A stretch of DNA of 64,000 nucleotides from Hydrolagus affinis (lineage: Eukaryota): the NCBI GenBank assembly GCA_012026655.1, contig JAAILG010000029.1:1-64000 (forward strand). Direction: 5' to 3'. Position numbers and translations under genes: made by a program. Positions within the stretch are counted from its first letter, which is position 1. Each line of letters opens with the position of its first letter. The notes below the pieces were generated by a model. It searched no databases. It saw only the letters and a program-made list of their open reading frames with translations, and was not told the DNA's origin. Positions 25,128 through 38,568 of this stretch are shown here, piece after piece.

Positions 25128-25424
25128 GGTGTCCTGTAACTCAATGGTTAGAGCACTCGCCTTGCAAGCGAGAGATCTGGGTTTGATTCCTGGCAGGGCG
25201 AGACCTTGGCCAAGTTTCCTTACTCACCTGATAATAATCCCTCAAGAAAAAAAAATTGGTCACTTCAATCCACGACTGTTTGTGGGACACTGCTGTATGC
25301 AATTCGCTGCCGCGTTTCACCCACAAATATTACAGTCAGTTGACTTTATAGTGTATTCCGTGAAGCACTTTGAGACATCTAGAAGACGTGAAAAGTGCTA
25401 TATCCAATGCAAGGATGATTATTT
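25128..25424 (+). mobile_element. Full-length tRNA(Ala)-derived SINE
   Basis: A box taactcaatgg, anticodon arm ctcgc-cttgcaa-gcgag (TGC), B box ggtttgattcc, body, 3' stem-loop and tail. Confidence 0.92.
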
Positions 25425-26261
25425 AATAAAGGAATTGGTCAATAAGAAAATCATTCTCATTTGTTCTTTTCCTTTCCCATGCGTATCGTTCTTGCAGAGG
25501 TTGTGTTGCGTGGTTAACGAAAGAAAGAACCTTACATAGTTGTAATGTGCCAGGAAAATCCAGGATATGGAAGGTTGCGGAAAAGCAGCCAGCAGCATCA
25601 GGAAAAGATTATTGTACGAAATAGAAAGACCTTGGGATTGCTTGCTCTGTAGTGTTGACCTGCTTTATCGACCACATGTTCCCCATTAGCCATCAAATTG
25701 AAGAATCCTTTTATGATCATTCTGTCTTCTTTGTAGTAATATTTATAGGAAGGGCAGGCAATTTTAAAGTCACTCACAAAGAAAAGAGTGCACTGTGAAA
25801 TATAGCTTAAACATAGATCAAAGTTGCATGAGTCACATTTTGTTTAGGATGTAAGATGGAGAGGGATCTTGGCAATGAGTTGGCAAACTGTGATTGTGGA
25901 CTTGGATGATAGTCATTGGGATGAACCAGTCTCTCTTTGTCTTTGCCTATCTTCTCTCTTTCTGCAGTTTACAAGGTCAATGCTGACATCTGGGCTCTTT
26001 TCCCAGCAGTGCTCTACTGACCTAGTTTGACATCATCCCTTGATGTTACCTGAATAGACTGAGGGAAAGAGAGAGGGAGGGGGATAGAGATTTGAGAGCT
26101 TGAGTGATTTCCTGCTGCTGTTATGCTCCACTGCCAATTAATTTGATGCTATTATGTAACCATAATCACCCAATCTAATCACATCATAATACTTTGAAAT
26201 GACAGAAATAGCAATGGAACATTCTGAAGCAACTATTCAATGTAATCGTTCTGTTCAATAC

Positions 26262-26398
26262 ATTTGTGCGCAATTGGCTTCTGCGTTTTGCCCTCAAAAT
26301 ACAGTCAATTCACTTTACATTGTATTCTGTGAAGTGCTTTGAGAGGTCTTGAAGATATTATATAGGGCTATATCAAATGTTAGGATTCTTATTACAGT
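26262..26398 (+). mobile_element. SINE 3' half
   Basis: gtgcgcaattggct...cagtcaattcactttac...ctatatcaaatg. Confidence 0.85.
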
Positions 26399-27464
26399 AT
26401 TATTTTACTACCACTGATTGCACTAATTGGGATGTGTCCACAAGGTTGAAGTTATTCACTAACATTGTCTTAACATTGTCTTAAATACAAAGGAGCAAGT
26501 GGTAAGGTGTGAGGTGGATCTGAACTCATTTAAACTGAAGTGGAAAACTGTATATGCTACAGTTTAATGTGGACTGACCCATGGGAGTGGACAGGCAGAA
26601 ACTCTGACCATCCAGCTGGTGAGTTACACTTCATCTCAGGCTCAGATAGGGTTTCATTGCAATGCTGATTTTTGCAGAGTTTTGACTTTCATTTATGTAC
26701 ACACTCAGCAAGATAGAGAAAAGCCTTGATGGTTTCTCTCGCCTATTGAATGTAGTTTGGCCTTTGAAGTTTTAGCAAAATGTCATCCTGTCAGGATGGA
26801 TTTTGAGTATGTGAATTTGCAACGGTTTGATTTTGTGGGTTTGGGAGCACCTTATTAAAGTGAGCCATCTAAGTCCTCCAGTGTGGGAGGGGACTGGCTG
26901 ATCTGCTGAATTTATTCAACATTTTAACTTTTAACGTAGGAATGAACCATCTGCTGACCTGGGCTATTTGATCTGATTGAAAGTGATACTTTTTCTGTTA
27001 ATGTGTCTGCAAGTGCGAAGTTTGGTCATAGTGCAAACCCTGCACACAAATGCTGATCTTCACAACTAATCTGGAACTGTCCATGAGACAGTCTGAATAA
27101 AACCCCATTGACCTGCCCTTGCTGTGTTCTGGTTCCTTCTTACCCCCATCTCCCCCATTTTAGTACTATAGATTTTCTCCTTGTTAAAATCTCTTCATAT
27201 TCAGTGTTATACCTGCTACACCACTAAGGAGCAAATCATGATTTGATCCATTTCCAGGTTGAACAATGCCAACAGGACTGCTCCAGCTGATCTGACGATA
27301 CAGTAAACTTCTCATAACCTGACCTAAGCTTAATGTATCATTACTACTTAATCTATCATGCTGTGAATATCCCAACTACATTTTCACATAAGCCTAACTC
27401 ACTACTCCATGAACTTGCCACTGAACCTTTTTCCTTTGGAGTGACGAGTTATCGGGAGTTATCA

Positions 27465-27520
27465 GCTCCTTGGGACATCCTCCTGATATGAGATGAACTA
27501 TAAAAATGTAATTTGTTGGT
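27465..27520 (+). mobile_element. L2 family A tail, degraded
   Basis: ccttgggacatcctcctgatatga...aatgtaatttgttg. Confidence 0.65.
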
Positions 27521-29249
27521 GAGTTTATTGTACTTTATGTACTGACTGGAAAAACTCACCTAAGTCGAGGTTAGTTTAAGCTCCATTTAATTTTCTGATT
27601 CACCCACTCGCCTTGAGAGTATAACTTGTGCAAACCCATCTCTCAATACACTTACCAAGTGCATGGTAATTCAACATTATAAGCAACTCAGACCCCAAAT
27701 TCCAATGTGTCTTAGCCAGTGAGAGCATTTTGTCTTATTCCTTGCCATTTCATTTTGCTTCCCTTAATACTGAACAGCACTGGAAGGACTGACTACCAGT
27801 AATTTACTCATTCCAATTCACGTTATGAATCAAGTATGCGCCTTGCTGTTCAATGGAACAACATACAGATTTCCTCGGTTTACTGACAAATGTCAATTTA
27901 CCCCCAGATTTAAAAGAATTGCTGCTCATCTCGTTATAGGATGCCACTTGTACAGCAATGTTTAGCCTGTAGAACAACTGAATCCCTAGTAACCCAGCGC
28001 ATTTCCAGGCTGATTTAAACCATCGCCATTAATGAGGTCTGGGGATGTGTAAGTGATCGGTGTAGCACTAACTTGCGGGCAGCTGGTTGGAAGTTGTAGC
28101 TGCATGTCACTTAAATCCATTAGCACTCTCACCCAGGTGGCAACATAGACTGAAATGCCTTGAGGGAACTATTCCAGGTTTGGAGTGGGTGGGGTGGGGG
28201 TGGGGGGGTAGTTGGAGGAGGGCGATGAAGAATAAGCATCCAATGTGGTTCAATAACCACTTTTTTGATGTGCTTTGAGATGCCTTCCAATGTGAGAGAG
28301 ATTATATTAAAATTAAATGAAAGGATATATTATGCACATATTATGTGTGATCGCAAGTACGACTGTCGACTTCCCAGCTGTCCCAGCTAAAGAAAACATT
28401 TGGATTTGCATCTGAAACACCTGGAGGATTATGGTGGGGAGATTTAGATTCAGGGTGCTTTTTGTTGATGTGCTACTGCTACGCAGAGATATTTGTGGTG
28501 CAGTGAGAGATATTGAAAGACAATCATTGTGATATTGTGTACTGTGATATTGCCATATTGTTTACCATCATCACTGGAATTGTCATAGGTACCACAACAC
28601 CTTGAGTAGAAGAAGGGGAGGGGGAAGAGAATCAATATTGATATAGATTTGGGAACGGTTTCCTATTCTCATTTACAGTTTAATTTGCTCTATTACCTGC
28701 TGCATCAAGTGCTGGATCATTTGAGATGCGGAGTGGATTAAAGGAACTTGACAGTATTTGTTTGTAGATTACGTTAACATTATATGCATCATATTCAATC
28801 GCTTCATGTGAAATGTCTAAATGTATCACAGATCCCTATTCTGGTAATACCAGCACTGTCTGACTCTTTCTTGGGTGATGTGAACACCAGTCTGTTCCTT
28901 TTCTGCATGGAATTTAGAAATTATTAAAATGATGCATTAGGCTGTTAAAAATGAAAAACCACCATGTCAGTGACAGCCGCCCAAACACACCTGATTTCTC
29001 ACTCACACACTCTTGGTAATATTGTGCGGCACAGAGGCAATTTGTGTCATTGCTGCAGGTACACATCATTTTTTTTTTTAAAAAGACAGTTTCCGCAGGA
29101 CATTTTCTTTTAACACTGAGGTGAGAGTAGATATCTTCCCACCTGATCAGACAATTCTGATTTAAAGAAGGTATATTTCAAAATTGAATTGTAGTCCCGA
29201 TTGTAAATGGGACGGGGGAACAGGAAAGAAACTCTTCACTGAAACACTC

Positions 29250-29368
29250 ACATTTCGCCTATAAAATGCACAGTCAATTCAATTTACAAAATATTATGTG
29301 AAGCTCTTTGAGTCGTCTCATCAGTGTGATAAGGCGTGCATCAAATCCAAGGATTAATATTATTACTA
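29250..29368 (+). mobile_element. SINE 3' half
   Basis: cacagtcaattc...gtgaagctctttgag...atcaaatccaaggatta. Confidence 0.8.
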
Positions 29369-30039
29369 CAGCATTAATGTTTGCTGTTTCTCCCTCTGCC
29401 ACAGCTGGATTCACACAAATTTCATTTTAAAAAGCAAGTAGATAATTTTTCTTGTTAACCAGTGTGAATTGGCCATTTCTTTAGCACTCATCAGTGGCGG
29501 CTGCTTTTATGCTGAACCTAAAGAATTTATCATTTGAATAGTCTGCACGTAGCAAAAAAAGTCACTCATGTAGATTCATGGACTATTTCAGGGAGTAAAA
29601 CAGACTTCTCTCATGGAGTTCACAAGAAACCTCCTTGTCATATCAAATATTCTTTACGTTTAGGTGTTTGAATGAAATTTTATCTAAAAATCCACTGCAC
29701 CGTTGCAACTTTCACTTCAAGCGCTGAAAAATTTACCTGCTTCAAATCCATCAAGTACTGATGTGTACTGGTTGGTGTTCACATTGCAATTCTTTCATTA
29801 CTGCATCCGCAGGTTATGTCATAACGTTCTGCCAAATTCTGTGGCAGGTTGCATATATAGCAGGGTACAGGACCACAGTATTCATTTACAATGAGAATTG
29901 GGCATTAGCAATGTAATGGAATAATTGATGCTCTTAATTTCCATAGAGTAGCTAAGGGAAATAGCTCATTTACTGTACTAACAACTATGAAGTACGGAAG
30001 TTCTGTCAAACTACTCATTTCTGACTAATGTGTTAATTG

Positions 30040-30150
30040 CTACGTGTTCACCTACAAAATACACGGTCACTACACTTGGCAGTGTCTGTGAAACACGCTG
30101 CCGACATGAAAGGTAGTATGCCAAATGCAAGGATTTTTATTATTATTGTT
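30040..30150 (+). mobile_element. SINE 3' half, old variant
   Basis: cctacaaaatacacggtcac...gacatgaaagg...ccaaatgcaaggatt(tta)n. Confidence 0.7.
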
Positions 30151-30959
30151 ATTAACAATGTGAAAATTAGATTCTGTATTTGGTAACTTTTCTGATTTGT
30201 TTAAAGGAATCACAATATTTTCATAATTTAAATAATTGTACTTTCGCGATTTTTTGTGTTCAGTTTTCGAATTCCAGTTCGGGATTCATTGTGCTGCTGC
30301 ATCAAATGTCAGCTGCCTGGTTTATTACCAGAACAAATTGACACAAAGCATTAACAAATATGATATTGTATAGATAATGCATGCATTTGTGGAATGCTCC
30401 ACAAGTACAAGGGCTTACATATTTTGTGTTGTCGTGTTTCAACCAGAAAAATTAGCACTTTGATTTATATCTTTAATGCACAGGCAACTTAGATGATCTC
30501 ATTAGAGAACAGTGAAGAGGTTAAATTATTGCTTTGTATCCCCGTTGCTCTTCGGGTTATTACAGAGTCTGCAAAAGTTTCTGAAAGTTGGTATGGTGAC
30601 TGTCACAAAGTGTTCTGTGTAAGGAAAATCTGAAAAATTCAAAGCTAATTCTTTCCAGGTCCCCAGAGTGACAAGGGGGAAGTAGCTTTTTATGGTGTAA
30701 TAAATCCCCGTCCATTGGCTTTTTTGAATTAATTAAGATGTTTATGATAGTGGCACATAATGGAATGCTCATGGATATTGCAATTAATTATTGCTGTTTT
30801 TTCTTAGTTCAAAACTTTTAATGAGAAATACCAGGGCAAGCGTGTCCACAGTTCGCTGTTTCCTCCTACAATGTTGAGTGGGAGCCCAATATTACTGCAC
30901 TTCACCTCGTGCAAGTATTTCACTGTTTTTTAGGTCCAACCACTTAATATGGAACCAAC

Positions 30960-31085
30960 ATAATATTAATCCTAGCACATTATCACGGCGTAGAAACGTC
31001 TCAAAGTGCATGCATGATGCTGCACATTTTAACTTGCATAGTATACATAACAGCGCAGCCTGGAGTGTGACGGTCATTTTGTATA
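30960..31085 (-). mobile_element. SINE 3' fragment, degraded
   Basis: taatcct...ttatcacggcgtagaaacgtctcaaagtgc. Confidence 0.55.
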
Positions 31086-31209
31086 TGTGTGCGCCTCTAT
31101 TCCATGGCAATCTAGTTGCCCCCAAGGCCTTGGATTTAGGTCCAGACTTTGTAAAGACCCGAACTTTGGGCCTTTGTAAATTTAAATCCCTGAAATCTGA
31201 ATGGTCTCT

Positions 31210-31585
31210 TAGAATCATAGAAATTCTCAGAAAGAGGTCATTCAGCCCATTGAAACTGTGGATTATCACAGCAAGCTGTCCATTCAATACTATTACTCTG
31301 CCCTATCCACACTCCCCTTCAAGCCTTTATCCTTCATATACCTGTCTACTTCGCTCTTGAAACCTCCAGTGGACTATGCCTCCACTACCTTACTTGGCCG
31401 ATCATTCCATGTCCTAAATCTCTGTGTGAAAACATTTCTCCTAAACTCCTTTTATTCTTCTTATGACTTTCACATAGTCATAAGAAAGTCCCCCTGGATC
31501 ACAGACTCCTCAACCAGTACAAATAGCTTCTCCCTACTTATCTTGTCAAAACTCTTCATAATTTTATACACCTATATCAGATATA
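31210..31585 (-). mobile_element. CR1 LINE 3' fragment
   Basis: agaatcatagaa...ggtcattcagcccatt...ttccatgtcctaaatctctgtgtgaaaacattt...cttcataattttatacacctatatcagat. Confidence 0.8.
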
Positions 31586-32494
31586 GTATTTGAAAGTTTA
31601 ACCAGATTTAAGAGCTGATTTGTTTCTTGCACTAAAAAATTATTTTGTTTAAAGTCTTTGAGTTTTCCTGTCATTTCCTGTGACTGGCAAACAAGCCTAG
31701 TTTGTCCAGCTGTAGTCAGCCAGGCTCATCTCCAGGATTTAAGAAGACCACATTGTGATATGGCTAAGCTCAGCACTGGCTGAGCTTAGCGGTATCACAT
31801 TGGGAACTAACACCGTGGTGCTGGAAACGAAGCATTGAGCTCTGGGTGTCGCGCATCACGGACATTTACACATTCACTGAATCAGTCTTGCCACACATCC
31901 GCGCAATGAAATCTAGACAGTTTGGGTGGCAACATAAATGTCCATGTATGTGGGCATACATGAGCCACATGTACAACATTTGTAATTGTAATGGCTCTGC
32001 ATTTATTATCTCAGTTTGGTGCAGTTCCCATTTCTTGTGTGTAGTTTTTTTTTGTACTTATGTTTAATCTCGTGCCTCTGTCGTGGCCAAATGTCACCAT
32101 AAAAATGTTACAAAAGATTGCTTAGCGGGACTTCTGTATCTGCCTGCTCAGTACAACTATTTGTGGCTGTAGAGGCAGGTATGTTATAGCCACATTTCCA
32201 AACAAATAGCTCTCGCCCTGCTCCACACTAAGGTGAAAACACCTTTGAATCCATCAAGACACGACAGGAGTTTCATTGTGAATGTCATGGCACCTGATTC
32301 CGCGCGTTCATCTCACACAAATGTGACAGGTTCTCATGCTCAAAATGCTGCCTGTACATGTGAAATGAACCCAAAAGCAAGCTCCCAAAGACTGTTCAGT
32401 TTGGGATTAGTGCAAGTTAATTTTACTATATAGAGTATTGATCTTTTCTTCCTGCTATTTTTCCTCTCTGTTAACCGACAACATGCATTCATTT

Positions 32495-32615
32495 ATTCAC
32501 TCACAAAATACACGGTTACAACACTTCACATTAAATCCTATGAATTGCTTTGAGACATCTTGACGACATGATACCGCTCTGCATATCGGCCGTATCAAAT
32601 GCAAGGATTATTTAT
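32495..32615 (+). mobile_element. SINE 3' half
   Basis: cacaaaatacacggt...gctttgagacatcttgacgacatga...atcaaatgcaaggatta. Confidence 0.75.
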
Positions 32616-34819
32616 AAAGCAACTTTATGTAGGATAATGAATCAAGAGTGCTTCTAAGACCATAGTAATCTGGAGTCTCCCAAGTTCTGCTATCATTTTG
32701 TGTGTGTGTATCTCTCTCACTCTTTTTAGAGTTCAATCCCTATTGCACTATGCTTCATTAGTTCCTGAGCTGAGGCTGGTGAAGCTCCCCCCAGGAGAGG
32801 AGGGCAGGTCAAATCCTAATGACATTCAAACTCATCACCTTCTGGGTGGAAGTCCAATGGTCAAACAGTCCACATTCTTTTCAGGTTCTTTGGACTAAAC
32901 AACTGTAAGAGTGGGACACTGGGGAGCTTTGAGTGATTGCTTCTTTCTCTATGTGCAACAGAACTTGATTTATATGCCAGATGTTCCTTCATGCAGATAG
33001 ACCCAACGGGAGCCCTGGGCATTTTTTTCTGAGGGAAATCTTATTGCAATTTATGATTTCAGCATTGTTAAAATAACAATGTTAATGAAAAAAATGGCTT
33101 CTATTTCCAATACCTTGCTATATGCATCTGTTCTAATCAGGTTCATTAATACTAGCAGCTAGGGGATGAGAGACAGGGAGATGGAAGGGTTGGTGGGGAC
33201 GGGGAATCGTTGGTTTGTTTATAATTTGTCATTTACATTCAGGTTCCCCAATTTTCCCCCTATTCCCATTAATAATGTAACCGGTGGCTGAATCCGTGGA
33301 ATGCTTATTTCATATCCCACAATTTTAAACTGAACCTGTGTATTAATATGTAACTTTACTGCCCTACCAGCAATGTATATGACCAGAGGAGTTTGCAGTT
33401 CATTCGGCTGCTCCCAAACATATCAATCTCGGATGCGCACCACTGAATTAAAGACGTTAGTGAAGGACAAAAGGACGACAGATTATTAGTGCAGTAAAGT
33501 ATATGGGAAGGGAGTAGGGGTTTGAGATGGTGCATTTCTGCTCCTGCTATTGAATGGGTTTTGCACGCCTCTATTATTTTTTGATTTATCACTAAAATCA
33601 GACTCAGATTTCCTAAAATGGTCAAATTCAATGCTTTGGTAGCCACAGAGTTTACCTACTGTAAGCAACAGTATAGTTTTGTCATTCACTATTGAGTTAA
33701 AAATGTTACATTTTATTTTATGGGGATGAAAACTGCAATAGTCAATGTCATAACATTGTCATAATCAGCACAGGTGCTGATTATGTCTTCAATGTCATTT
33801 TTTACAAAGTTTTTCATTTAAAATATATTCGGGATTTATTTCTACTCTGTGGATTTTCATCCTTTTGATAAGTCTCCACTCTCCTGGCCATGTACTGAGC
33901 GACTGAAAAACCTGCTTGTGTAGACAGGTGCTAGATACGGCCTGGATAGACCTCTGCCCCCCACCCCCAGTCCCCACCCTCTCTTCCTCCCAACCTCCTT
34001 TCTTTCAGACATCCAAAATGCTGCTTCCTTCCAGTGACGTGGTTGAGATTGGGAATCAGAGTGGAGAGGAACGATGGAATGTCCCAAACACTGGGACACC
34101 TTAAATGCCAAACTCCAAATGAAATAACCTTTTGCACATTGTTGTTAACCTCTCGTCCAACTCCCTCTTCAGGAGCTGAATGCTATTGCATGGCACCTGA
34201 TAAACTGCAATGATCTTCTGGTAACCACTGTTCAACTTGCATGTGTGGACTGTGGTTTGCATTCAGAGAATGCCACCTTGCAAAAAGTGAAATGTCAGTG
34301 CACAAAATGAGGTGAATTGCACTGAGCCTAATTCACTTGTGTGCTGGCTCTGAGGTATTTCAGCCTGGCTTACTGGATCCCGTAATTGTGTGATCTGAAT
34401 TTGCTGGAAGTAATCTGCTTCTAGCAAATTTGGGCTCACAAAAGGGCCTTAGATCTTTCAAAGTGCTTGTAGTGCCTGCTTCTTAGCTCCTGCCAGAATT
34501 TGCCCTGAAAGCTCTCTCTCTATATACCTACTGCTTTACAAGGTAGGGGCAAGTTGTATTATCCGCAGCACAAACCTGTGTGAGTCCAGTCACACTCAAT
34601 GGACAGTTTTCATATTTTTGATATTTTGTTTCAAACAAAAAGGGCAAATATGCTGACTAATGTCAGTGATGATTGATGTCATGTCACAAGGAGTTTCACT
34701 GCGCTGTTTGTGCGTAAACCCATCTTCTTATTGACGGCATCGGATGACATTTGCGGAGTTTCACAACATGGAACATTTTTATGAAATGCCACCAATTTCA
34801 CCCTAAAGCCTTTTTTTCA

Positions 34820-35235
34820 GTGTCAACCGAGTATATTTGCCTCTCGTTCTGAATGTGCTGGGTTCAAACGCCACATCAGGGACTTCCAGCACACAGTGTA
34901 GACCGAGGCTACAGTGTAATGCTGGGGGAGTGCTACAAAGTCAGAGATGCTGTCCTTCAGATGAGATATCACACTGAAGTCCCACATGTCTGTTCAGGTG
35001 GATGTGACAGAACCCATCATCCTACCAGAAAAGAGAAGAGAGTTTCTCCTGGTGTTTGGCAAATGGTCCTGGAGATAAATTGGTCGTTTACTTCCTGGCT
35101 TTGTGGGAAAATGCTGTGCGCAAATTGTCTGTCACCTACACCTATGAATACTTACTGCATTGCACAGTAATTACTGCAAAGTGATTTAAGACATCTCAGC
35201 TTTATACGCGTTATACCAATTGCAAAGGTTATTTA
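34820..35235 (+). mobile_element. Near full-length Deu-domain SINE (SacSINE1-like)
   Basis: tRNA-like head with B box ggttcaaac; Deu domain gctgtccttcagatgagat...ctgttcaggtggatgt...gagtttctcctggtgt; 3' body tgtgggaaaatgctgtgcgcaaattg and tail. Confidence 0.85.
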
Positions 35236-36631
35236 ATATTTTATTTTCAACAAATAGAAAAATTAAATAATAGTTTAAAAGGTTGCTAACTTAAGTTAAA
35301 TGTGCTTTATAAGTCTTCGGGCTGCGCAGGTTATAATTCAGAATGAAATGATGGGTATGAGCATGTGGCAAGATGGGAATTAAGATCAATTAGTTATCAG
35401 AGAGGGTTTTTTTTCTCTAGCCTAGCGAGATACAGAGCTGCTTCCTCAGGTGTGTGGCACTTTGTCCAGTCAATTCTTGAGGGAAATCTGTCCCAATCAA
35501 ACTACTGACTGCACTCAGACACTCCTCCACCTCCATCCGTTCAAATTAGCATTCTCACCAGGCAGCTCAGCTTAAACTCTTGTGGTCTCGAACCTGAATT
35601 TCAGATTGAATGAAGCTAGTCCTTTGTGTCCGCTGGGGAAACCAGCACTGAAGTCGAGCTGAAACTGTGCCAGCACAGCAATTGGCTTTTAGATGTGAGG
35701 CAGTGCAATATATTCTGTTTCTAAATTTGTCATCGGGCTTAGGATTTAAATGTGGTGTATTTGGAGGACTTTTCAAGGTGAAAAAAATGGAAATTACTTT
35801 TACAACCACAGGGAAAATTTGTGACCTGAAGAATTAATGTCAGCAGCAATAGGTCTCTTGTCAAGTTTCTCTGAAGATTTCGCTTGTGAATATAGATAAA
35901 AGGGTAATCTTAGTGGACTAGAGTTTCTGCTTGTCCTACTTTTATATGACATTTTTCCAAGTCCGCATCTGACTGATCTGGTGTGTGACTGTATTGACAT
36001 ATGCAGGTTAGTTCAGGGAACCTTTCTAATCTGATTTGGTGTCAAACCTTTGATAAATATCACTGGTATATCACTGGTATATACTTTTCCAATTAAGACT
36101 ATCCTATCCTATAGAGTTTTGGCTTGCCGGTCTGAGATATCTGCACCACCAAATTTCACTGATGATCCCAACATCAATCACTGATGATCAATCATCAGTG
36201 ATTTCTGCAGACCTTTTGGACTTTGTAATGTGCCTCCCCTAAGTTAGTTTCAAGAAGATAATGTGCTCATTTTGTCCACCTCAAAAGGTTGAAGTGTTGA
36301 ATATCTTAACCAGCATTCAACTCCCAAATTTCAGTGATCCTCAATTTAAATATGAACCAGAAAGATGCATCATCTACTATAAATATAGTTTATATGGGAT
36401 AGGATTTAACTATGATTAGAGGCTGGGAAAATTTTGGGTTATATTTCCGGAAGGATGGGAGATCATTTGTTTGTGGTATTAATATTATAAAGGCAATATG
36501 TTTGTGGCGGGGACTAATCCTTTCCTCCAGTGAGGAAACCCAGAACAATGATGACATGAACTTAATGTTAGACTTAAAACAATCAAAAATGATTGCAGCA
36601 AAGCTTTCTGCTCTCTGGGGCAGAACAATCC

Positions 36632-36815
36632 AATAATAATAATAATAATAATCCTTGCATTTGATGTAGCGCTTTCCAAGACTTCCTAGATGTCTCAAAG
36701 CGCTTCACAGAATATACTGTAAGGTGAATTGACTGTATATTTGTGGACGAAACGTGGCAGCCAATTGCGCACAGCACTGTCCCACAAACAGTCATAGATT
36801 GAAAAGACCAAATTT
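36632..36815 (-). mobile_element. SINE 3' half, young
   Basis: (AAT)7 followed by ccttgcatttgat...gcagccaattgcgcacagcactgtcccacaaacagt. Confidence 0.92.
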
Positions 36816-37559
36816 TTCAGAATGCAGTGAACTGAGGTGTACAAAGTCACTTGCGAAGAAAAGATATTACGAGATGTAGAGGAAAGGAAAATAGGATAAG
36901 AAGGTTAAACTTGCCCTGATATAATAAAATGAAGGAGCAGACATGATGGCTTTGAGAAACTTGGATTTGGAACAAGCGCTCAGGAAAGCTTAGAAACCAA
37001 CATTTTAACTGAATGTTTTTAATAAATTCCAGCACTTGTAGCTCAATTATGTGGAATTTTTTTTAATGATAGCATTAATCTAGATTGCCTGTAAATATCA
37101 AAGAAAAATAATATGTAATTGAAGTTTATTGAGCATTCTGAAATCCGCAATGCCCTTTCTCGGAACTTCAGAGGAACATGGTTCATGTAGATCTGAGTTC
37201 CAAACACAGTGCGTTCATTTTTTTAAAACCGCATGGACTGTGAGTTGTAACAATTAAGATAAAATCCCTGCAGCATTTCATCAGCATGCCGCAACCTTGT
37301 TCCAGATATCCACGCTGTTTTTTAAATAACCTAATCACAGAACATGTCCACACAGCAATTAAATGGTGCTGCCGCTGGCTACACAATGGGGCTGCTTAGG
37401 GCTGAGAGTTATGGAGTGTCTGAGAATTAATTTCTCTTAGTGCAGAAGCAATGGTTTGAGCATAACCTGGTTCTCAGGTCCCACACACTCTCAATTCAGG
37501 CCTGAAACATTCTAAGCAGCATGTAGATTTCTAAGTAGATTTCATGCAAAATACCATCT

Positions 37560-37752
37560 TAATAATAATAATCCTTGTGTTTGATTATGGCGCCTTACAG
37601 CACCATTGAGACATCTCAAAGAGCTTCACAGAATATGTTGTAAAGTGGATTGACTGTGTATTTTGTGGGCGAAACACAGCAGCCAATTGCACACAGCTAT
37701 GTCCCACAAACTGTTGTGGGTGACCAGTGAATAACCAATGTTTTTTTTGAGG
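37560..37752 (-). mobile_element. SINE 3' half
   Basis: Same family in reverse orientation. Confidence 0.88.
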
Positions 37753-37954
37753 TATATAAACCCCGGAAAATGATTAGTCAATTAACAGCCAGGTTCATAT
37801 CTTTCCTCCGTCTCGCACGTACCCAACCTTGGAAAACATCTGATGCTAATGTGTACAAAAGAAAGTGTGAAACGAGAATATGCCTCACAGCACATCAAGC
37901 CCTCTCCTAAGCAAAGATTCACAAAACATTTTTTCCATCCTCCATAACTCTATT

Positions 37955-38033
37955 ATTCGGACCTGCCCTCCTCTGCCTTGGTGATGTCTTCCCAAAGTGA
38001 AGGCCACTATACAAGTGTAATTCGTTGTTGTTA
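37955..38033 (+). mobile_element. L2 3' tail, degraded
   Basis: gccttggtgatgtcttcccaaagtgaaggccactatacaagtgtaattcgttgttgtt. Confidence 0.7.
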
Positions 38034-38247
38034 TCAACACATGTATTTCCTCACCAACACAGAAATTTTCAATGCCCTGTTGAATCTACCCTTCCCTGTA
38101 ACCTAACCCAAATGAGAGGTTGGAAAAGGTATTCAAACAATGTAACTACTGGAAAAAGTACTGCCGATAAAACTCTGTTTCTGTAGGGACTGCCCATCAC
38201 AGGTAAGACATGGGTTTTGACTTGTAACAAGAGAAAAACAGCACACA

Positions 38248-38568
38248 ATACAACAACATAATTATGTTTGTATAGCACATTTTACTTCTGGAGGACGTAC
38301 CAAAGGCACTGGACAGTCAATGTATTGGACCTGAGCTGGGGTCGTGATCAGGGACGGTGCAGGGTAGGAGGGGGAAAGGGAGGTGACAATGGCACAGACG
38401 AAGAGCAGGGTCTTGAGGTGGGGCTTCATGGAGGCTAGGGAGGGTGTGAGGCGGAGGGATTGCGGGATGGAATTCCAAAGGTTGGGGGTAGAGTGGCTGA
38501 AGGCTTGCCCACCGATAGTCAAGCGGGTGGGGCGGGGGATGTGGAGCAGGCCAGAGCCTGCTGAATCT
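38248..38568 (-). mobile_element. L2 LINE 3' fragment
   Basis: Minus ORF SAGSGLLHIPRPTRLTIGGQAFSHSTPNLWNSIPQSLRL...HLKTLLF plus the reverse tail. Confidence 0.9.

Noticed and set aside
25128-25200. tRNA-Ala(TGC) gene
   Set aside because: No acceptor stem or Pol III terminator, and it runs directly into the SINE body, so it is a SINE head. The same applies at 58943.
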